Position numbers and translations under genes: made by a program. Below are positions 26,172 to 33,046 of a DNA stretch of 33,046 nt, in pieces. A model generated the notes under the pieces. The model worked only from the letters and a program-made list of their open reading frames with translations. It was not told the DNA's origin and did no database searches. Each line of letters begins with the position of its first letter. Positions within the stretch are counted from its first letter, which is position 1. Source of the DNA: Bacteroidota bacterium (GTDB lineage Bacteria; Bacteroidota; Bacteroidia; Bacteroidales; ML635J-15); contig JBNJGX010000005.1 of assembly GCA_051748025.1 (NCBI GenBank), positions 1 through 33,046 of the forward strand. Reading direction: 5' to 3'.

Positions 26172-27356
26172 ATGAAGATTAAGGAACGACTGCTTAGCAT
26201 AATATCAATCCTGCCCGGATGGCTGCTGATTGTTCCTTTTGGCTTTCTTTTCCGGAAAAGAAAAGGGCTCATGATTGTCATCAGCAGAGATGCCAATCAG
26301 TTTTCAGATAACACAAAATATTTTTACACCTACCTAATTAATAACAAACATAAAACTGCTTACTTTTTGTATGAAACTGACCCCGGTTACATGAAAAACA
26401 TCCCTGGCAGCCTGGCTTATCCTTCACTGAAGGCTGTTTTGCTTTTGCTGCATGCTGAATATATTATTGTTGATACTGCCACATGGTTTTATAATTTTAA
26501 GTTTTATTTCTCTTTCAAAGCAAAAAAAATACAATTGTGGCACGGCATCAGCTCAAAAAAGATTGAACTGGCAACAGATGTTTTCCGTAAATCTAAAATT
26601 AAACCCTTGAAAATATGGTATGGTATTTTGCGGGGACAATTTGTCAAATACGAACTCATTACTTCTACATCTGAATATTACAGTAAACATCTTTACAGTG
26701 ATGCATTCCGCTACAAACACATACTGCCATTGGGGCAACCCAGAAATGACATTTTTTTCAGAAACCCGCAAGGGCTTGACCTGATTAATACCGATAAAAA
26801 GATTTATACCCAACTGAAAGATTTAAAAAGCCGGTATGAAGCAAAAATTATTTTATACACCCCCACTTACCGGGAAAATCTGAGTATGGATTTATTGAAC
26901 CTGGACGGGATAAACCGTTTTGCAGAAAAAAATAACTTTTTATTTGTCATAAAACACCATGTATTAACACGGGTCTCAAGCCGGCAGGAATACAGCCGGG
27001 TTTTTCATTACAATAAATACAAGGATATTTATCCTTTGATGTGCATCAGTGATATGATGTTGACCGATTACTCATCAATTGTTATGGATTATATCCTCAG
27101 AGATAAACCGATGGTATTTTTTATTCCTGATTATGAACAATACAAAAAATCGGAAGCCGGATTAAGAAAGGATTTTCTTGATATGTCACCCGGCCCGAAA
27201 GTATATAGTATGGATGATTTATATGACGTATTGAAAACAGAATTATTAACGGAAGGAGCAAATTACAGGGAAGCACGTCAAAAGATATCAGATTTAGCCT
27301 ATAAACATAAAGACGGCCAATCATCAGAAAGAATTTACCAATACATCACGCATTAA
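26172..27356 (+). CDS. CDP-glycerol:glycerophosphate transferase family protein (TagF/TagB-like)
   Basis: FSDNTKY, IQLWHG..SKKI, LGQPRND, ILYTPTYRE, IKHH, LTDYSSIVMDY, DGQSSERI. Confidence 0.9.
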   Translation: MKIKERLLSIISILPGWLLIVPFGFLFRKRKGLMIVISRDANQFSDNTKYFYTYLINNKHKTAYFLYETDPGYMKNIPGSLAYPSLKAVLLLLHAEYIIVDTATWFYNFKFYFSFKAKKIQLWHGISSKKIELATDVFRKSKIKPLKIWYGILRGQFVKYELITSTSEYYSKHLYSDAFRYKHILPLGQPRNDIFFRNPQGLDLINTDKKIYTQLKDLKSRYEAKIILYTPTYRENLSMDLLNLDGINRFAEKNNFLFVIKHHVLTRVSSRQEYSRVFHYNKYKDIYPLMCISDMMLTDYSSIVMDYILRDKPMVFFIPDYEQYKKSEAGLRKDFLDMSPGPKVYSMDDLYDVLKTELLTEGANYREARQKISDLAYKHKDGQSSERIYQYITH

Positions 27357-27398
27357 TTTGCAATAATGGGATAACGCAAACGTTAAAAAAGACATAAC

Positions 27399-28748
27399 AT
27401 GAAAACTGTAATCACATACGGTACATTTGACCTGATACACAAAGGGCATATCAATATTTTAAAAAGGTCAAAAGCACTTGGAGATAAATTGATTGTTGGT
27501 GTAACAGCCGAGCAATATGATATTGACAGGGGAAAACTAAATGTAGAAGAAAGCCTTGAGCGGCGGATAGAAAATGTACGAAAAACCGGTTTGGCAGATA
27601 CCATTATTGTTGAAAATTATCAGGGGCAGAAAATATCTGATGTTCAGAAATACAATGTTGATGTATTTGTAATTGGTTCGGATTGGCTTGGGAAGTTTGA
27701 TTACCTGAAGGAATATTGTGAAGTTGTTTACCTTGACAGAACAAAAAACATTTCGAGCACAGAATTAAGAAACGAGAAGCATAAAAATATTAACATTGGT
27801 ATTGTTGGGGCAGGGCGTATTGCCAACCGGTTTATTCCGGAGTCGAAATTTGTCAGTGGTTGTCAAATCACAGGGGTCTGCTCGGCACATACAGAAACAG
27901 CTAAAGCCTTTGCTGAAAAACATGAATTGTATTTTCACACAAGCAATTTTGATGCATTGCTTGAGCATGTGGATGCCGTATATATTGCCGCTCCACATCA
28001 GTATCATTATGAGATGGCACAGAAGGCGCTGATGCAATCAAAACATGTGCTTTGTGAAAAGCCCATTGTGCTAAAATCAAAGGAACTGGAATCATTGTAT
28101 GGGCTTGCAGATGCCCATAATTGTGTTATTACTGAAGGGATAAAAACTGCTTTTGCGCCCGGTTTTATCCGTCTGGTGGAAATTGCTAAATCAGGTATTA
28201 TCGGCAAAATTAAAGATGTTGAAGCATGCTTTACTAAACTTGCTGACCCCAAAAGCAGGGAAATGCAAACGAATGCATACGGTGGCAGCGTCAATGAACT
28301 GGCAACCTATCCGCTTACAGCCATTGTTCAACTGCTTGGAGAACCTGTAGATAAACAGTTTTTTGCCTATATGGAAAACGGGATTGACTTGTACACCCGC
28401 ATTCATCTTAATTACAAACATGCTATGGCAACTGCTAAAACCGGGCTCGGGGTAAAGTCAGAAGGGGCAATGGTGATTTCAGGTACAAAAGGTTATATAT
28501 ATGTTCCTGCACCATGGTGGAAAACACAGGAATTTGAGGTAAGGTTTGAAAATCCTGCTGACAACAGTAAATATTTCCATAAATTTTATGGCGACGGGTT
28601 AAGGTATGAGCTTGCTGAATTCATGAACCTGATACGCAAAGGGAAAAAAGAAAGCTGGAAACACAGCCGAAAAACGTCTATGCAAGTAACAAAACTGATT
28701 GAAGATTTTCATAAACAAAAACAAAACAAAACAATTGTATGTTTTTAA
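27399..28748 (+). CDS. Fusion: glycerol-3-phosphate cytidylyltransferase-like (TagD/Gct) plus Gfo/Idh/MocA oxidoreductase
   Basis: N-terminal ITYGTFDLIHKGH (HxGH), GSDWLGKFDYL, RTKNISST. C-terminal IGIVGAGRIA Rossmann motif and HVLCEKP. Confidence 0.9.
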   Translation: MKTVITYGTFDLIHKGHINILKRSKALGDKLIVGVTAEQYDIDRGKLNVEESLERRIENVRKTGLADTIIVENYQGQKISDVQKYNVDVFVIGSDWLGKFDYLKEYCEVVYLDRTKNISSTELRNEKHKNINIGIVGAGRIANRFIPESKFVSGCQITGVCSAHTETAKAFAEKHELYFHTSNFDALLEHVDAVYIAAPHQYHYEMAQKALMQSKHVLCEKPIVLKSKELESLYGLADAHNCVITEGIKTAFAPGFIRLVEIAKSGIIGKIKDVEACFTKLADPKSREMQTNAYGGSVNELATYPLTAIVQLLGEPVDKQFFAYMENGIDLYTRIHLNYKHAMATAKTGLGVKSEGAMVISGTKGYIYVPAPWWKTQEFEVRFENPADNSKYFHKFYGDGLRYELAEFMNLIRKGKKESWKHSRKTSMQVTKLIEDFHKQKQNKTIVCF

Positions 28749-29017
28749 ACCATGAAAACACTTGTAATGATAATGCATTCAAACGGTCAAATTTCCGGCG
28801 GATTTTATCTTACTTTCAAATCAGGAGGATTTTTACATTTTCACACTAAGGTGTTGTTACGAAATAAAGTGAACAGAATAGGCGAAGTTATTTTTGTTTT
28901 TTTACAAGGCATAAAAACTGCGAATAGCCACAGTTTATTTAAAGTTTTTATAACGAAGTAAAAAGCAAAAAGAACGAGCTTAAATGTTCAGGTTATTTTG
29001 TGACAATGCCTAAGCAT

Positions 29018-30835
29018 TCATAAATCGATTTGTTGAAGGGCATTGATTAATTTGTTGTTTTCTTTCTGTGTTTTAATGCTTATTCGAATATATTGCCTGT
29101 TATCAAAACCTTTTTTATCTGATAAATCTTTAACCAGGATGCCGTAATCATTTAAAAGTTTTTCTGTAAGCCTTTTGGCTGACCCATAAACTTCGCATAA
29201 AATATAGTTTGATTGTGTGGGAATGGTTCTGATTGTTTTTATGTTTTTCAGGTTTCCCATGAATTCATTTCTTATGGTTTTGAATTTTTCAATCGCGCTC
29301 CAATAATCATCTTTATATTTTTCAAAGACCTGTAAATAAAATTCTGCAAATGAATTGATATTCCAAATGGCAAGGTCTTTTTTCATAAAATTTACAATGT
29401 CTGGGTTTGAAGATGCTGCCAGGCCTAATCTTAAACCGGGGACTCCAAATGATTTAGAAATACTTTTTATTACAATTAAGTTTGGGTTTTCATTTAAAAT
29501 ATCCCCTTCCAATAAAGATTCGACATTTTCTGTTTCAGTAAAATCAACAAAAGATTCATCAACAATGATTTTAATGTTTTTATCCTTTGCCCAGCTTATT
29601 AGTTTTAAAACATCCCTTTTGTTGATATAATTCCCTGATGGATTATCAGGATTCACTAAAACTAAATTTGATATTTTATTTTCTGGTTTACCAAAATGGT
29701 GCATTAAATCCTGTACATCATAGGTTAAATTTTCATTCTCAGGTTTGAAATGAATAGTGTTTTCATTCGTTATTCTGTTTGGATACTCTTCAAATGTTGG
29801 AATAATAATTCCAAATTTCCCTGACAATTTTGATGTGATTGATTTAATTAATTCCGCAGCTCCATTGCCAACACAAACATGCTCCTTTTTTAAACCATAA
29901 TATTTTGCTATTAATAAACTGTTTACATCCATTCCTGAAGGATATTCTGTTAATAGCTGTTCAAAATTCACTTTAATCTCATCAATAAGCTTGGGGGGCG
30001 GAAAATAAGGATTTACCAGATAACAGAAATCAATTAATTGTGGATATCTCCAATAACCGCCATATCTTTTTTGTATTTTTTGCAGTTTGTCAGAATCAGA
30101 TTTACTGAAAATTGATTCTGCTATATCCAGATCCTGTATATCATCTATTTCGTACCATTTTTCATCATCAAGGGGCAAAGCTTTTATTTCAGGCTTGTCT
30201 AACGGGGTTATTACTTTCAATACTTGTTCATAGTATTGATTATTTCCAAGGGCTTTACTATATGCTTCAAGAAAAGGCACATAATGGGAGTTCGAAAATT
30301 CTTTACTGAATTTATAAATATTAACGGTTTTGTAGTATTCAGAGATATCATTAAAATCAAAATTATTTTTGTCCAAAAAGCTCTTGATATTATTATCATT
30401 ATCAATTGTAACGACAGTTCCATCCATCCAACTTTCATATTTAGAAACCAATGTCAAATTTGGGTAAGGAGCGTCAATTAATTTTTTTAAAACATTATCC
30501 TCAAAAATCAAATCAGACTCAAAAAGTAATGTGTCGTCATTTAACAAATAATCTTTTGCCAGATACAATGAATAAATATTGTTTGTTTTGTCGTAAATTT
30601 CGTTATGAATAAAGGTAACGGGGGTGCTGATGTTTAGACTTAATATAAAATCAATCAGCTCCTTACCATGATAACCAACAACAATAACCACCCTGGATAA
30701 GTTAACTTGATCTATCTGTAAAAGCATCCGTTCAATTAGGGTAGTTCCATTAACTTCAACCATGCATTTGGTGCGTTCCTCAGTTAATTCCTTTAGTCTT
30801 TTTCCCATTCCTGCTGCCAAAATAATTGCTTGCAT
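29018..30835 (-). CDS. Fusion: LicC-like nucleotidyltransferase plus PLP-dependent class I/II enzyme (HisC/CobD-like)
   Basis: N-terminal AIILAAGMGKRL, YDKTNNIYSLYLA, ESDLIF, WYEIDDIQDL. C-terminal GNGAAELI, VNPDNPSG, VDESFVDF, KSISKSFGVPGLRLG (PLP Lys), YIRIS. Confidence 0.9.
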   Translation of the reverse strand: MQAIILAAGMGKRLKELTEERTKCMVEVNGTTLIERMLLQIDQVNLSRVVIVVGYHGKELIDFILSLNISTPVTFIHNEIYDKTNNIYSLYLAKDYLLNDDTLLFESDLIFEDNVLKKLIDAPYPNLTLVSKYESWMDGTVVTIDNDNNIKSFLDKNNFDFNDISEYYKTVNIYKFSKEFSNSHYVPFLEAYSKALGNNQYYEQVLKVITPLDKPEIKALPLDDEKWYEIDDIQDLDIAESIFSKSDSDKLQKIQKRYGGYWRYPQLIDFCYLVNPYFPPPKLIDEIKVNFEQLLTEYPSGMDVNSLLIAKYYGLKKEHVCVGNGAAELIKSITSKLSGKFGIIIPTFEEYPNRITNENTIHFKPENENLTYDVQDLMHHFGKPENKISNLVLVNPDNPSGNYINKRDVLKLISWAKDKNIKIIVDESFVDFTETENVESLLEGDILNENPNLIVIKSISKSFGVPGLRLGLAASSNPDIVNFMKKDLAIWNINSFAEFYLQVFEKYKDDYWSAIEKFKTIRNEFMGNLKNIKTIRTIPTQSNYILCEVYGSAKRLTEKLLNDYGILVKDLSDKKGFDNRQYIRISIKTQKENNKLINALQQIDL

Positions 30836-30990
30836 TTTAATTCTCTTTTCAGTTTATTATTACTATTTGCTTGTTGATTCTAATGTTTTCTCCTGCAATT
30901 AAGGGAAAAAATCAATAATACACAATGATAATTTGTTATTAGTACCTGGTTTAATTTCAGTTAACAGTTACCAATACCGTTCTTTAGAAA

Positions 30991-31896
30991 CTATTTCAAC
31001 CAGTGTTCTAAGTTTCTGTTAATTAATTTTTCTGTTTTTCTGATATCTTCTTTAAAATATTCAATCAGATACTTTCTTGTGGCGGAATCCATTTGTGGTT
31101 TTTTTAAATTTAGATCTGTTAATTTTACCAACAAATGATTGCGTGCTTTTTGTGTTAATAACATTTGGAGTATTTTTCGGGGGATGCTTGGTTTATAGAA
31201 AAATTCGTTTATTTTTTTAAATCTGTATACCCCTGTAGCTCTATGCTTTTCAGATGCGTTAACTTTTAAATTTGTATCTACTTCAAGGAATTCCAACACC
31301 TCATGCACAACGGAAGTAATATCATTTTTTATATCATCAAACAAGATAATTTTTACGTTTTCAGTCCCAAAAACATCAAGGTAGTTTTTAACCTGTTTAT
31401 AATATAATCCTACTTGCTTATACCTCCAAATAAAGCTATAATTGTTTTTTATCCGGTTTTCTTCTTCTTCAAGTGCTTTTGAAAATGATAATGTTTCTCT
31501 GTCTTTGCTGATTTGATGGAGATAAGCTGAATAAGCTCTTTCTACAGGGTTTCTTAAGCTTATAAGAATCTTAGCATTTGGATTCATGGCTTTAATATCT
31601 CCTGCTACTTGATAAAAATATAAATAATCAGTGGATGCTTCACCAATAATTTTCTCATCAGTAACACCTTTGAATAAATTAAGATAATCATTAAGGGTGG
31701 GTATGCCGACTCTTTTTTTGTCATTAATCTCATCTTCCTTTCCATGATGAGGTAAACTGACATATTTAGTTGAGAAGAAATATGGTTCTTTATGTTCACA
31801 GAAAAAAATGTCGTCATGATTTTTCAGATGATGGTAGAGCGATGTGGTACCACTTTTTGCAGCTCCGATAATAAAAAAATTTGGCTTTCTCCTCAT
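30991..31896 (-). CDS. PAPS-dependent sulfotransferase
   Basis: PNFFIIGAAKSGTTSLY (5'-PSB loop), KEPYFF, GEASTDY, LRNPVERAYS (3'-PB). Confidence 0.92.
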   Translation of the reverse strand: MRRKPNFFIIGAAKSGTTSLYHHLKNHDDIFFCEHKEPYFFSTKYVSLPHHGKEDEINDKKRVGIPTLNDYLNLFKGVTDEKIIGEASTDYLYFYQVAGDIKAMNPNAKILISLRNPVERAYSAYLHQISKDRETLSFSKALEEEENRIKNNYSFIWRYKQVGLYYKQVKNYLDVFGTENVKIILFDDIKNDITSVVHEVLEFLEVDTNLKVNASEKHRATGVYRFKKINEFFYKPSIPRKILQMLLTQKARNHLLVKLTDLNLKKPQMDSATRKYLIEYFKEDIRKTEKLINRNLEHWLK

Positions 31897-31914
31897 TAAT
31901 ATAAATTTTAAGTG

Positions 31915-32718
31915 TTAATAAATCTTAATTCTTTCTGCATGTGTTGGCCGTTGATCAACAGGTGGAAGTTCCATGTAATTACCAAAGCATCTTTTTAAAT
32001 ATGCATGCGTATCTTTTGGTCCGTAAACATTAACGCCTTCAAATTTTATGGGTTTTTCGGGGAGTATTTCACTTTTCCGGAATTCCCAGTTATAAGGGAT
32101 CCCATATCCATAAATTAACTTATCAGCCGGAAACAAGAAAGACATAAACCTTAAAAATGAAACCAATAAACATGATAAAACCCACACTATATGTCCCATA
32201 AATAATATAAGCTTATTGTTTCCCCTTTTATTATGTTTACGGATAATTCTGAAAGATGTGAGGTAAAAAAAATCCACAAAGCGCTTTAAGCTCAAATTTC
32301 CTCTGTCGATGTAAAAAATATCCAGAAAAAGCCCTTTATGTTTAAAATGGTTCCTGAATTGTGCTGAAAAATCACCATAGTCAGCTATTGAGTTTTTATC
32401 TACAACCCTGGAGTATAGCATATGAAAATGCTTTTCATTTTTATGGTTTTGCAATGCAAGGTTTTCTGGCAATTCTTGTTCAAGCACTTTTATAAGTCTC
32501 AGATAATCTTTTCGTAATAAAGCAATATCAACGTCATCATCCCATGGAATAAAACCACCATGGCGTACTGCTCCCAAGGTTGTTCCACCATCAATCCAAT
32601 ATGGAATATTGTGTTTTTTGCAAATTTTATCTACCTCAATAAATATCTCAAGCAAACGTAATTGTGCTTTCCTCAGTACTGTATCTTTTCCATTGTATTT
32701 AGAAAAATCTTCATTCAT
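31915..32718 (-). CDS. licD: LicD family phosphotransferase
   Basis: ICKKHNIPYWIDGGTTLGAVRHGGFIPWDDDVDIAL, FLDIF, FEG...P...YL...FGNYMELPP. Confidence 0.92.
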   Translation of the reverse strand: MNEDFSKYNGKDTVLRKAQLRLLEIFIEVDKICKKHNIPYWIDGGTTLGAVRHGGFIPWDDDVDIALLRKDYLRLIKVLEQELPENLALQNHKNEKHFHMLYSRVVDKNSIADYGDFSAQFRNHFKHKGLFLDIFYIDRGNLSLKRFVDFFYLTSFRIIRKHNKRGNNKLILFMGHIVWVLSCLLVSFLRFMSFLFPADKLIYGYGIPYNWEFRKSEILPEKPIKFEGVNVYGPKDTHAYLKRCFGNYMELPPVDQRPTHAERIKIY

Positions 32719-33018
32719 CTTACTGAATCGCTTTTATAACTATTTTTATTTGTTGAAATACCATTTAAGTAGAAGCATTTTCAGGGTTTTCTTTAATATC
32801 ACAAAATTATGATATTTAGACAGAAAACGCGCCTAAAATTGATTTTATTGTGAATTTTGCATGTGAGATAATCAATCAAGTTACCTTTTTTTAACTATTT
32901 GATGTGTTCCTTCATGCTTATATTTATATAATTACTAGGCCTGCACAAGCTTACTTGAATTATTTGTGAAAAGGCACAATCCTGACTGTTTGAAAAATGA
33001 CTGTACAACTTTTCTTTG

Positions 33019-33026
33019 TATTTTTG
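33019..33026 (+). promoter_or_regulatory. Possible -7 promoter element (TATTTTTG) for a gene beyond the right edge
   Basis: TAnnTTTG followed by CA at the end of a long intergenic region. The downstream gene is not visible. Confidence 0.3.
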
Positions 33027-33046
33027 CATTTTAAGGTGATGTTATT

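Noticed and set aside
28889-28896. TATTTTTG promoter-like box pointing antisense into the LicC fusion
   Set aside because: An 8-nt match with two free positions is expected by chance in AT-rich DNA, and no well-spaced -33 box is evident.
28752-28961. 69-aa ORF right after the TagD fusion
   Set aside because: Starts 3 nt after the upstream stop, so it cannot be excluded, but it has no motif or convincing composition. Not called.
29018-30835. Phosphonate biosynthesis cluster
   Set aside because: LicC-like cytidylyltransferases occur in such clusters, but no PEP mutase or phosphonopyruvate decarboxylase is in the window, and the PLP domain is class I/II rather than the class V AEP transaminase type.

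Overview
AT-rich chromosomal window from a Bacteroidota bacterium, probably Bacteroidales-like (T9SS cargo and PorZ, TAnnTTTG promoters, MEP-pathway dxr, pheS without adjacent pheT). Most of it is housekeeping or envelope genes: a C69 peptidase running off the left edge, a YfhO-type membrane protein, a GH92 glycosidase plus lipoprotein, the M23-dxr-rseP-hypothetical-rdgB run, porZ-recO, a Cys/Met PLP lyase, tRNA-Ala(GGC), a T9SS cargo/lipoprotein pair, cyclophilin, pheS, aldehyde dehydrogenase and a Ca/Na antiporter. The right end holds two convergent surface-glycan modification blocks: TagF-like plus a TagD-Gfo/Idh/MocA fusion, and LicD plus sulfotransferase plus a LicC-like/PLP-enzyme fusion. 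The most interesting element is a low-GC, translationally coupled three-gene cassette (23152-24791, minus strand): TIGR04255-family protein, 105-aa protein, and a 206-aa protein with MazF/PemK-like motif spacing. It has its own promoter and is bracketed by a ~72-bp imperfect direct repeat. The left repeat copy breaks off at the centre of a GTAGGG...CCCTAC REP-like palindrome that is intact in the right copy. I infer a candidate tripartite toxin-antitoxin-chaperone-like or anti-phage module that entered at a REP hairpin. A separate ~140-bp nested palindrome sits just upstream of the tRNA. All family calls come from motif recognition by eye; no database search was run.
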